A DNA stretch of 64,000 bases from a virus (lineage: Duplodnaviria > Heunggongvirae > Uroviricota > Caudoviricetes). The position numbers and the translations under genes are program-made. Under the pieces are notes generated by a model that saw only the letters and a program-made list of their open reading frames with translations, was not told the DNA's origin and searched no databases. Below are positions 17,758-26,808 of the stretch, piece after piece (position 1 is the stretch's first letter; each line of letters starts with the position of its first letter). The DNA lies in IMG/VR virus record IMGVR_UViG_3300023179_004209, positions 32,001 through 96,000 of that record; one strand, 5' to 3'.

Positions 17758-19760
17758 TGACTTTTTTCAAGAAACATTTTGTTCATCGTCTTGGCAACCT
17801 GTAAAAGGTTGTTGGGATTGATGAATGAAGCATTTGTTCCATACATTTTCTTAAACAACTCTACAGAGTTTGGATTAATATAATCATTATTCTTAATAAA
17901 ATAACTCAAAACAGAATATCCTTGACTTTTGATCTTTGTTACTTGTTTCTTTGTATGAATAGCAGCAGATTCTTGATTATAACTAATCCGATCACCATTC
18001 TGTGTGGTATAGTTCATAGCTGGTTCACCATCACTAAAATTCAGAAAATAATAATCTGACTCAATTGATGTTTCAGGCAAATGTTTCATAATTGCTTCAT
18101 ATGATAGTCCTTCTGGAGTAGATCCATTTGGATACAAATATGGAAACAATGTCTTAATCTTACTGATTTTATCTACAGCAGAATCATATCCAATAATTAC
18201 ATAAGGATTAGAAGAACAAGTACTATTACTAGAATTAAATGTAGTTCTAAATGATACAGTTACCCTTAAATTATCAATCATAGAAGCAGCCTTACAAATA
18301 GCTACAACACTAGTAATAGTCTTTATCCATTTGTCTCCTCTCATACTTGAGCTAGCATCCACAGAAATATGAATGTAGGAATGTTTATACTTTGAAACAT
18401 CAATTGTATGAAATACATTTTCATTATCAAAAGACAGTTCAGATAAAATTCTACGGTCAATCTTACCAACAGGCTTACGCATATACTTGGTATTATTAAC
18501 CTCACTGCGAATCTGTAGTTTGCGTCCAAGAGCCGCACCCATTACTAATCCAGCATTTACAGCCTTTTGGTTATCTTGATTAAGAACAGCAGTAGAATCA
18601 TAACGTCCAGTGTGATGATTGTATACAACATATTTCAATGGAAATACATCAGTCTCAATCAATTCTTTGGTCAATTTAGTTACAAGAATAGTATCAACAC
18701 TGTAGTATCCATCTGATTTGATATAATCAGAACCACTCTTTACCAGTGTCATTCCACTCTGTTCAATTGCGTCAAGAATCTTCTTCTCCTTTTTATTAAC
18801 CCTCTTCTTTTTAATATTACCATTCAAGAAATCTTTCTGTTTCTGAATAGCTTTCTTGATTTGTTTATTTTTACTATCTGATACATCAGGATCAAAACTA
18901 CTATCATTCTTTACATCATTTGGCACTGGATCTGTATTTTTTCCACCCAATGCATCATCTACTGATTCTCCCTCTCCATTTAATCCATCTCCTGATTCAG
19001 TACTATCTTTCTTTTTATGTTCAGTAATGTTACTAAGAATGATTTTAGCTACTTCCATAGCAACATTAAAACGGTCTTTTGGTGTAGTCAACCGTTGAAT
19101 ATTAGAAAGATTAATTACCTTAGCAATATCACGCAAACCAGGCAATGCATCCAAATCAGTGTATTCATTTGTAAAGTTAATCATACGAGTTTCATAACTT
19201 TCAATACAAGGTACACGATAAAGATTGCTCTGTAACATCACTTTAATCTTTGGACTATCAAAAAACTTCTCATACAATGCTAGATAATATCCACGATAAC
19301 CAGGAGCATTGTTATAAACATACCAATCAATATAACGGTCTTCTACATAGTTAAGACAGGTCTTAACCAAGACAGCTACTTCATCTTTGCTAATTTGAAG
19401 TGGTTGAGCCAAATCGTAAAGACTACGATCAACCTTTGTCCAAATAGTCTTAATCAAATCAAAATCAGACAATACAACATGACTACCTTCATGCAATGCA
19501 AGTCCTACAGCAGGATCAAAATCAGATTTATCCAAAATGTCTGCGGACAAATATACAGTCTTACCATCCGTACAATTATCTTTGCCTTCAGATGTAAAAT
19601 AAACAGGAACAGATTTGCCTGTCAAAATATTGACAAAGTTACTTACAGCACGGCGTGCTACAGCCAACTTAATTAGATTGAAGTTTACAGATGAACCCAC
19701 ATCAATATCATCTTGATAGATGTCATCATCATCCAACCAATAATCACTGTAATTACTCAT
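17754..19760 (-). CDS. vWA-domain protein with N-terminal HEXXH metallopeptidase-like domain (CobT-like MoxR partner)
   Basis: ALHEGSHV, NYVEDRYID, acidic linker, MIDAS DASSSM, GSTPEG, FSDGEP. Confidence 0.8.
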   Translation of the reverse strand: MSNYSDYWLDDDDIYQDDIDVGSSVNFNLIKLAVARRAVSNFVNILTGKSVPVYFTSEGKDNCTDGKTVYLSADILDKSDFDPAVGLALHEGSHVVLSDFDLIKTIWTKVDRSLYDLAQPLQISKDEVAVLVKTCLNYVEDRYIDWYVYNNAPGYRGYYLALYEKFFDSPKIKVMLQSNLYRVPCIESYETRMINFTNEYTDLDALPGLRDIAKVINLSNIQRLTTPKDRFNVAMEVAKIILSNITEHKKKDSTESGDGLNGEGESVDDALGGKNTDPVPNDVKNDSSFDPDVSDSKNKQIKKAIQKQKDFLNGNIKKKRVNKKEKKILDAIEQSGMTLVKSGSDYIKSDGYYSVDTILVTKLTKELIETDVFPLKYVVYNHHTGRYDSTAVLNQDNQKAVNAGLVMGAALGRKLQIRSEVNNTKYMRKPVGKIDRRILSELSFDNENVFHTIDVSKYKHSYIHISVDASSSMRGDKWIKTITSVVAICKAASMIDNLRVTVSFRTTFNSSNSTCSSNPYVIIGYDSAVDKISKIKTLFPYLYPNGSTPEGLSYEAIMKHLPETSIESDYYFLNFSDGEPAMNYTTQNGDRISYNQESAAIHTKKQVTKIKSQGYSVLSYFIKNNDYINPNSVELFKKMYGTNASFINPNNLLQVAKTMNKMFLEKSH

Positions 19761-19791
19761 ATATTTTGACAGGCAATGTTTTGTTTATTTA

Positions 19792-20763
19792 TTAGAACGG
19801 AGGTTGTTCTAGTGACTTAGCCAACGGATCTGAAAACAACTTGTCCTTAGTTTCAACCTTGACATACTTCTGGACCAACTGTTTTACATAAGTCCGTTCA
19901 CTGTCCATACCTCCTTCAACCGCAAAATTAGGATAAATGGCAGTCTCAGCAATTTCAAGCAAATTAAACCCATCCAAGATCAATTCTGAAATCTCAACCG
20001 TTGACCGTGTTGGAATAAAATTACTCAACTTGCTGTCTTCATTCTTGACTTGATCACGGGTATGAACAGCAATTTCAACAACCGCATTCAAAATATCAAG
20101 ATGATCAACATCGGAAATATTAAAACGGTTCTTTAGATAATTGAACTCAACTTCTTTGCTCAATGGACTCATTTCCAACTTGACAGGAAAACGACTCATC
20201 AAAGCACGATCCATAACACGGGTAGAAGTATACTCATTACCAATGTTAGCCGTACCAATGAAACATACACCTTCAGCTACATTAACCACTTCGCTATCCT
20301 TCTTTTCATCCAAACGTAGATAACGTTGTAGATCATCCAGAACAGTCATCAACACATTCCAAGCATCATGATGAGCACGGCTAACTTCATCCATCAAGAT
20401 TACAGCATTGGGAGTCTTGATTGCCTTAACAAATGCAGATTCATTAAAGTAAGTACCAGTATTCTTATCATAATGGGTATTACCAATAAGAGCACTACGA
20501 GCATCTTGGGTAGCACCAAGATTGAAATAAAAATATGGACGTTCTAGAGCCTTAGCTACAGTTTGTGCAGCCAATGTCTTACCACATCCAGTAGGACCAA
20601 CGATAAGAATATTCTTGCCACGCATTACACTACGTACAAGATATTTCCACTTAATTGAATCCATCACCAGAGAGGATGGTTTCAACTTGTCACAGTCCTT
20701 GATGAAGGACTTAACTTGAGCTGCGTCAACGGTTACAAGTTTCAGAGATGATTTATTCTTCAT
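19792..20763 (-). CDS. MoxR/CbbQ-type AAA+ ATPase (phage CobS-like)
   Basis: GPTGCGKT, ILMDEVSR, GTAN, MDRALMSRF. Confidence 0.9.
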   Translation of the reverse strand: MKNKSSLKLVTVDAAQVKSFIKDCDKLKPSSLVMDSIKWKYLVRSVMRGKNILIVGPTGCGKTLAAQTVAKALERPYFYFNLGATQDARSALIGNTHYDKNTGTYFNESAFVKAIKTPNAVILMDEVSRAHHDAWNVLMTVLDDLQRYLRLDEKKDSEVVNVAEGVCFIGTANIGNEYTSTRVMDRALMSRFPVKLEMSPLSKEVEFNYLKNRFNISDVDHLDILNAVVEIAVHTRDQVKNEDSKLSNFIPTRSTVEISELILDGFNLLEIAETAIYPNFAVEGGMDSERTYVKQLVQKYVKVETKDKLFSDPLAKSLEQPPF

Positions 20764-20775
20764 ATTACAGAAACC

Positions 20776-20804
20776 ACTCTACCACGGGCTTCTTTGAACG
20801 TCAA
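20776..20804 (-). promoter_or_regulatory. Sigma70-like early promoter of the AAA-vWA operon
   Basis: TTGACG-N17-(TGg)TAGAGT. Confidence 0.7.
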
Positions 20805-20808
20805 CTCC

Positions 20809-20844
20809 AAAAATAAAAAAACTGCTAGTTTGACCTAGCAGTTT
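20809..20844 (-). terminator. Intrinsic terminator
   Basis: AAACTGCTAG-N6-CTAGCAGTTT followed by a T-run on - strand. Confidence 0.75.
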
Positions 20845-20861
20845 CATGTTTAAACTTAATT

Positions 20862-21176
20862 TTAATGTCTATGCCAGTGACCATGATAATGTCCATGAAC
20901 AACTATCACTGGTGTTGGTTGATAATAATAAACAGGTTGTGGAACATATACAACTTGTGGTGCTGGTACATATTGTACAACAGGTGCAGGTTGAACTACA
21001 ACTGGCTGACTAACATATACAACTTGTGGTTGTGGAGGACATACAATCCTTTCAACTACATGAAGAGCAGCTACACCAGTAAGAACTTTACCAACAGTGG
21101 CCCACTCTCTGTCCCCGGCTTTTACATTGGTAAGTGCTACAAATGCAGCCAAACCCAATGCGATTTTATTTTTCAT
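20862..21176 (-). CDS. Secreted Pro/Val-rich (PXPV-like) protein with His-rich tail
   Basis: Signal peptide ending VKA, then GDREWATVGKVLTG, QVVYV/PVV repeats, HGHYHGHWHRH. Confidence 0.75.
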   Translation of the reverse strand: MKNKIALGLAAFVALTNVKAGDREWATVGKVLTGVAALHVVERIVCPPQPQVVYVSQPVVVQPAPVVQYVPAPQVVYVPQPVYYYQPTPVIVVHGHYHGHWHRH

Positions 21177-21177
21177 A

Positions 21178-21840
21178 TTATTTCTTTTTGTTTGATTTAC
21201 CCTTGAATGTCTTTTGTTTGACAGTCAATTTCTTATCAGTTTGTTTTGGATACTTATAAGAAGCTTTTTCACCTTTTACAGGAAAATCAGATAACTTTTT
21301 GATCTTTTCAACTGGTTTCAATGGTTGATCAGGTTGATCTTCTTTCTTTTCAACTTGATCTTTTACTTCAACCTTTTTAAGAGTATGTTCTGGACCTTCT
21401 TCTTTCTTAGATTCTTTGTCCTTATTGTTTTCAACATTCTTTAAGAATGCCTTTTGAACATAATTACCAACTGTAGTTTTTAGTGTTTCTGTAATAAATT
21501 CCTTTAATGCAGAAAAAGTTAGATTAAATTTTTTGATTCTGTCTGTGTTGTCTTTCATATAGGTTACTGTAAAATTGTCATCGGTCATTGGATAGATTTT
21601 AAAATGATGTGGATTACAAGAACATACATTGTAATAACCTGCGTCATCCAATGTTACTTCTGCATCTTTATACATCTTCTTTACGTCTTCGGCTAATTCT
21701 TCCATTTTGTAATGAAGAGATTCACCCTTTTCAATTTTTACATCTTTTAATGATTCTTGAATCAAATTTTTAACAGAGTTTTTTACTTTAACTTCAAGAA
21801 TACATTCTTTGATTAATTTTTTAAATTCGCTTATGTTCAT
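21178..21840 (-). CDS. Hypothetical late protein, possibly an internal head protein
   Basis: TATTTATA 7 nt upstream; N-terminal LIKECILE/LIQESL repeats; K-rich tail. Confidence 0.6.
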   Translation of the reverse strand: MNISEFKKLIKECILEVKVKNSVKNLIQESLKDVKIEKGESLHYKMEELAEDVKKMYKDAEVTLDDAGYYNVCSCNPHHFKIYPMTDDNFTVTYMKDNTDRIKKFNLTFSALKEFITETLKTTVGNYVQKAFLKNVENNKDKESKKEEGPEHTLKKVEVKDQVEKKEDQPDQPLKPVEKIKKLSDFPVKGEKASYKYPKQTDKKLTVKQKTFKGKSNKKK

Positions 21841-21858
21841 ATTTCTATATAAATATCA

Positions 21859-22641
21859 TTAAAAAAAAGATTGTTCATTGGTATTTTCAACTTTTATCTC
21901 CATTATATCTTCCTTATAACCACCTACTAGGGGGTAGGGGCGGGAGGGGTGCTTAAGTGACTTGGTTAACTTTTTATTTTCAATCTTATTTGATATAAAT
22001 TTAATATATCTATGTTTACCGCTTTCCTTTTTCCTCCAAAATGTTCTGCCAATTTTCAATTTCAATTTGTCCACGTTATGAGTCTTCCATTTTGAGTATA
22101 CAGTTCTGCTGTGTATCCAATCATAATCTGGTGGACCAGAAAGACTTACACTGTAATTAGGCATTAAAGCAACATCTACATAGTTATCTCCTTGATAAAT
22201 AAATCCCGTAGCTTGATAAATCTTACCAGTATGTCCAACTTCACTATCTGCATAACTTAAAATACACTTAATTTCTGGATAGTCTATGTTTATTTGTCTA
22301 AATGACTCAGCTATACAATAACTTTCTATATTCTTACCATACCCATCTTCAATCCATAATCTAGTTAATTCCAACACATTATCATTATTAAGTAATGGAG
22401 TAATGCTATTACTGGCATTTCTACCTACACTGTTTCCATATACTAATACACCAATTAATTTTGCGTTAAAACCACCAAAGAATGTACTCTCAACATATTC
22501 TTTATAATAAACACCATAAGCAACAGTACAAAGAGTCCATTTATGGGTATAATGGTTCTTTACAATAAGATTCTTCGCAATATTCTTGTTAATCGATTTC
22601 AAGAATACCAATGATGTATCACAATACTTTTCGTCTGTCAT
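21859..22641 (-). CDS. Mom-family (GNAT-like) DNA adenine-modification protein
   Basis: IVKNHYTH, VLELTRLW, NIESYCIA, ILSYADSEVGHTGKIYQATGFIYQG, KHRY. Confidence 0.75.
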   Translation of the reverse strand: MTDEKYCDTSLVFLKSINKNIAKNLIVKNHYTHKWTLCTVAYGVYYKEYVESTFFGGFNAKLIGVLVYGNSVGRNASNSITPLLNNDNVLELTRLWIEDGYGKNIESYCIAESFRQINIDYPEIKCILSYADSEVGHTGKIYQATGFIYQGDNYVDVALMPNYSVSLSGPPDYDWIHSRTVYSKWKTHNVDKLKLKIGRTFWRKKESGKHRYIKFISNKIENKKLTKSLKHPSRPYPLVGGYKEDIMEIKVENTNEQSFF

Positions 22642-22891
22642 ATAACCATATAAATGTTAAAATTGTACAATTCAGTATAATTGAACCAATACTATTAATA
22701 TATACCCATAATCCCGAATGACTTAGTTGAGCATACACAAGAACACATACTTGACCCATGTTATTTAACCAATATGCAGGTGCGCTCAATCCTTTACTAT
22801 CTTTGGAAGAAATCAATTTCCCTAATTGAAAACACGGTCCCAGTAGAAATAGGACCGTGAATGCAATACCTAAAATTGATTTTAAACTCAT
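22619..22891 (-). CDS. PQ-loop/SemiSWEET-like three-helix membrane protein
   Basis: F(P)Q-like CFQLGKL..SKDSKGLS motif, three hydrophobic helices; likely start ATG 22891. Confidence 0.6.
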   Translation of the reverse strand: MSLKSILGIAFTVLFLLGPCFQLGKLISSKDSKGLSAPAYWLNNMGQVCVLVYAQLSHSGLWVYINSIGSIILNCTILTFIWLYDRRKVL

Positions 22892-22897
22892 GCAACT

Positions 22898-22925
22898 ACT
22901 ATACCAACTCAACTTACTTTGTCAA
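22898..22925 (-). promoter_or_regulatory. Sigma70-like promoter for the PQ-loop + Mom-like pair
   Basis: TTGACA-N16-(TGg)TATAGT ending 6 nt before ATG 22891. Confidence 0.6.
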
Positions 22926-23294
22926 TTTCTTTTTGACTGTACTTACTTTACTTTCTGCCAACTTTGAAATCAAATCATTTGCTGCATCTAATTTAATTTC
23001 CAATTCATTTAAATTATTCTTTAATTCCGAATTTTCTTTCTTCTGTTCTTCCAACTCTTTCTTTATAGATTCATTTTCTTTCTTATAGACATTTAATTCA
23101 CTTCTGATCGATTCTCTGTCTTTTCTACATTCTTCCAATTCTACTTTTACTTCGGTTCTTAACTTATCACTTGAATCATTAATTAACTTTACCAAATCAA
23201 CTTTAGTCTTCTTAGAAGCAATTCCATAAGTTACTACAGATGCAACTACAGCTGGTACAATTCCTATCAATGATAAAATAATATTTTGGTCCAT
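22914..23294 (-). CDS. N-terminal TM + coiled-coil protein (holin/lysis-like candidate)
   Basis: One N-terminal hydrophobic helix, long heptad region, late motif upstream. Confidence 0.5.
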   Translation of the reverse strand: MDQNIILSLIGIVPAVVASVVTYGIASKKTKVDLVKLINDSSDKLRTEVKVELEECRKDRESIRSELNVYKKENESIKKELEEQKKENSELKNNLNELEIKLDAANDLISKLAESKVSTVKKKLTK

Positions 23295-23327
23295 AAGTTA
23301 TACACTATAAATATATAACTTATGGAC
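23289..23327 (-). promoter_or_regulatory. 14-bp perfect hairpin sequestering the ATG, with TATTTATA in the loop
   Basis: GTCCATAAGTTATA-N11-TATAACTTATGGAC. Confidence 0.75.
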
Positions 23328-23345
23328 ATTATTTCAATTATTTTA

Positions 23346-24404
23346 TTACAATTTGAAGTCGTCAAATGCGTTCTCACTGATGGTATTATCCACCCCTTTT
23401 ACATAACTACTCAATTCAGTTTCTTGAGGAGCTACTTGTAGTTTCTTACTATCATAGTAACTGTCTAACCATCCAGCCAATGGGTTAACTTTAGCTGACG
23501 GATACAACTTCTTATATCCAAGACTTGATAGTCTGTTATTAGCCAACCATTCAATATAATGTTTCAAACTTTCAGCAGTCAATCCAATCAAACTACCCTT
23601 ACTGAATAGATAATCTGCCCAGTCTTTTTCTGCATTTACTGCCATTTCATATGCAGCATAGATCTTTTCTTCATTCTTAGCTACAATTTCTTGGAATCCT
23701 TCATCTGAATTATTGATCCAATTCTTCATAATGTTCTGAGTAATAGCAACATGTAGATTTTCATCTCTACTGATAAACTTAATAATCTTACTATTACCCT
23801 CCATCTTTCCACGATATCCAAAATAGAAACTACAAGCAAATGATACATAGAAGATCAACCCTTCAGTAATCTGAGTAGCTAATACTGCATCAAACAATTG
23901 TTGTTTAACATCATCTGATGGAGTTAGTAGTTCATCATACTTCTTACTGATTGCAGTAGCTCTCTTGACAATTTCTTCGTCATTCAAAATACTATCAAAG
24001 AACTTGGTAGCATCTGGATAAACATTGTTTAGAATGTATGTATAACTGTTACTGTGAATAGTTTCAAAGAAACTCCATGTATTCATGCAAATTTCCAATT
24101 CACTATTGGTAACATGTTTCATCAATTCATGAATACTACGACTCAACATGCTATCAGTCATAGTTTGAAACTTCAAATTACTATCAAATACAAATCGTTC
24201 TTCAGGTGAAAGATTCTTATAATCACTAATATCCTTTACCAAGGAAACTTCTTGAGGTCTCCAAAAGAAATTCAATTGTTGATCATATAGATCATAGAAC
24301 TTAGGATACTTGATCAGATCATATCTTTGTAGAGATAGATCTTCTCCCAAGAACATTGGATTTCTTAATTGGTCTATATTTTTCTTATTTAATACTGTTT
24401 TCAT
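23346..24404 (-). CDS. nrdB: Class Ia ribonucleotide reductase beta subunit
   Basis: FFWRPQEV, ETIHSNSY, EGLIFYVSF, RDENLH, QVAPQETE; AGGAGG SD. Confidence 0.95.
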   Translation of the reverse strand: MKTVLNKKNIDQLRNPMFLGEDLSLQRYDLIKYPKFYDLYDQQLNFFWRPQEVSLVKDISDYKNLSPEERFVFDSNLKFQTMTDSMLSRSIHELMKHVTNSELEICMNTWSFFETIHSNSYTYILNNVYPDATKFFDSILNDEEIVKRATAISKKYDELLTPSDDVKQQLFDAVLATQITEGLIFYVSFACSFYFGYRGKMEGNSKIIKFISRDENLHVAITQNIMKNWINNSDEGFQEIVAKNEEKIYAAYEMAVNAEKDWADYLFSKGSLIGLTAESLKHYIEWLANNRLSSLGYKKLYPSAKVNPLAGWLDSYYDSKKLQVAPQETELSSYVKGVDNTISENAFDDFKL

Positions 24405-24416
24405 TTTATCCTCCTA

Positions 24417-26705
24417 TTATAGAGCACAAGCTCCGCTTTCACAACCGGATTCTTGTACTACTGGTTGTTTTATTTCCGTCTTCTTTTCATCCATGGCGGT
24501 TTGTTTATCACCGTCATCAGTATTAGCATAATACAGATTCTTTAGACCATACTTGTAAGCCAATAACATGTCCTTAATTACTTCTTGAACAGGAACTTTA
24601 TTCTTTTCATAACGGGATGGAATATAATAAGTATTTGTACTAATACTCATATCAGTAAATTTTTGAATGGCAGCAGCAACCTTCAAGTAACCTTCATTAC
24701 TTGGCATATCAAAAGCAAAGGTATAATTTTCCTTATACTTGTCAATATTTGGAATTACTACTGGCAAAATGTTACTCTTGCTTCCTTTAAAACTAATAGC
24801 ACTACGAGGTGGTTCAATACCGTTAGTACTACTTTGAATTACACTGCTAGATTCTACAGGCATACATGCAGTCAATGTAGAATGTCTCATACCATGTTTC
24901 TTAATTTCTTCACGAAGTGTTTCCCAATCACAATGTAGTGGTTCTGTAATAAATTCATCTACATCTTTCTTGTAAGTATCAATTGGCAATACTCCTTGAC
25001 TAAACTTGGTACGGTCAAACTTTTCACACTTACCAACTTCTTTTGCCATTTCAACACTCGCCTTGATTAGATAGTAACTAGTCTTTTCCATCCATTTGGC
25101 AACAAAGTTTGGAGCGTCTTTATCCCAATACTTCAATCCTTCTTTAGCCAATAGAGCAGCCAAATTACTTACACCTACACCAAGACTACGGCGTTTCTTT
25201 GCAAAATTTTCTGCGGCTGGTACGAAATAATCTTGATGTTCAATCAAAGCATCCAACATTCTGACAATAATGTCACATACACTTTCCATTTCTTCATCAT
25301 CTTTGATTTCCAACCAATTCAAAGCAGCCAAGATACAAACACCAATTTCTCCGTTTTTATCATTGACATCAGTGATTGGAATCAATGGATGATTGACTTC
25401 AAGACATAGATTGCTTGTATCTACTTGATCCAACCAACTACCATGTTCATTTGCATGATCAACAAACATTGTATAAATACGTCCAGTTTCAAGACGTTCC
25501 TTAGCCAGTAGTCCCATCAATTCACGAGCAGGTACTTTTTTCTTGAACTTGATATTTTTGTTAGCTTCAGCCTTTTCATACTTCTCTTTGAACCCTTCCA
25601 TACCAAATGTATTCCATAACGAAGGACATTCATGGTAACTAAATAGTGTTACATCTTGATTCTTCAAGAACCGTTCAAAGATTAGTTTATCCAATCCAAT
25701 ACAATAATCCAACTTACGAACACGGTTATCATCGGTACCTTGATTGTTCTTCAATACAAGAATATCTAAAATGTCATAGTGGAACCATGCAAAATTGACG
25801 GTGGCACTACCCCCTCTAATTCCATTTTGGTGACAACTCTTTACAGTTGATTCAAATGCTTTAGCAAAAGGAATTGGACCAGTATGCATTACTTCACCAT
25901 TACGAATTGGTGCATTAGTAGCACGAAGTCTGGATAGATTCAATCCAATGCCATAACGACTTGCAGTAGCAAATCCTACAGCACTATTATTACTGAAAAT
26001 ACTACGAAGATCATCATCTACAGTGAATAGAGAACAACTAGCATAACTCTTCATTGGAGTTCTTACACCTGCCATAATTGGGGTTGGTAGATTAATCTTA
26101 TGTTTGCTAAAGTAATTATAAGCTTTCTTTACATATTCAAGACGATTTTCTTTATAGTCTTTAAAGAATGTCATTGCAATAAGCATATATGCAAATTGTG
26201 GAGTTTCATAAATTGTCTTAGTAGCACGATTCTGTACCAAGTACTTATCACACAACTGTTTGATACCAGCATATGTAAAATTGAAATCTCTATCATGACG
26301 GAGATATTCATCTAATTTATCAAATTCTTGTTTGGTATACCATTCTAGAATTTCTTCGTCATAAACCAATGCGTCAATATTAGCTCTAACTAAATCATGT
26401 AATTTAGGAGGATTCTTTCCACCCCAAACATTCTTTCTTAATCTATAATTCAATAGTCTTGATGCTACATATTGATAATTAGGTTTTTGTTCACTAATCA
26501 AATTTGACGCAGCTTCAATCAACATTGTATGAATATCACCAGAAGACATCTTATCAAAGAATGATAGATGTGCATTCATTGCGACTTCTTCAAAACTAAC
26601 ATTTTTAATATCCTCGGTTGCCCATTGCAAAACCTTATTGATTTTATCTGCACTAAATTTTTCCAAATTTCCGTTACGTTTCTTTATAAAAATTTCTTTG
26701 TTCAT
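24417..26705 (-). CDS. nrdA: Class Ia ribonucleotide reductase alpha subunit with ATP cone
   Basis: IKKRNG ATP cone, PTPIMAG, SNLCLE, MPVESSS, C-terminal CESGAC. Confidence 0.95.
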   Translation of the reverse strand: MNKEIFIKKRNGNLEKFSADKINKVLQWATEDIKNVSFEEVAMNAHLSFFDKMSSGDIHTMLIEAASNLISEQKPNYQYVASRLLNYRLRKNVWGGKNPPKLHDLVRANIDALVYDEEILEWYTKQEFDKLDEYLRHDRDFNFTYAGIKQLCDKYLVQNRATKTIYETPQFAYMLIAMTFFKDYKENRLEYVKKAYNYFSKHKINLPTPIMAGVRTPMKSYASCSLFTVDDDLRSIFSNNSAVGFATASRYGIGLNLSRLRATNAPIRNGEVMHTGPIPFAKAFESTVKSCHQNGIRGGSATVNFAWFHYDILDILVLKNNQGTDDNRVRKLDYCIGLDKLIFERFLKNQDVTLFSYHECPSLWNTFGMEGFKEKYEKAEANKNIKFKKKVPARELMGLLAKERLETGRIYTMFVDHANEHGSWLDQVDTSNLCLEVNHPLIPITDVNDKNGEIGVCILAALNWLEIKDDEEMESVCDIIVRMLDALIEHQDYFVPAAENFAKKRRSLGVGVSNLAALLAKEGLKYWDKDAPNFVAKWMEKTSYYLIKASVEMAKEVGKCEKFDRTKFSQGVLPIDTYKKDVDEFITEPLHCDWETLREEIKKHGMRHSTLTACMPVESSSVIQSSTNGIEPPRSAISFKGSKSNILPVVIPNIDKYKENYTFAFDMPSNEGYLKVAAAIQKFTDMSISTNTYYIPSRYEKNKVPVQEVIKDMLLAYKYGLKNLYYANTDDGDKQTAMDEKKTEIKQPVVQESGCESGACAL

Positions 26706-26725
26706 ATGGGTAAAAAATAATTATC

Positions 26726-26799
26726 CAATCGGGGAGAAAAAGTCCAAAATAAAATTTTAAAAAAATCTTGTTTTATAGAAACTTTTTCTCCCCAAATTG
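26726..26799 (-). promoter_or_regulatory. Long hairpin in the helicase-nrdA intergenic region
   Basis: GGGGAGAAAAAGT (26731-26743) / ACTTTTTCTCCCC (26781-26793), extendable on both sides. Confidence 0.65.
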
Positions 26800-26808
26800 A
26801 TATATAGG

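Noticed and set aside
17754-20763. Cobalt chelatase CobST
   Set aside because: No CobN or cobalamin pathway; generic MoxR-vWA pair.
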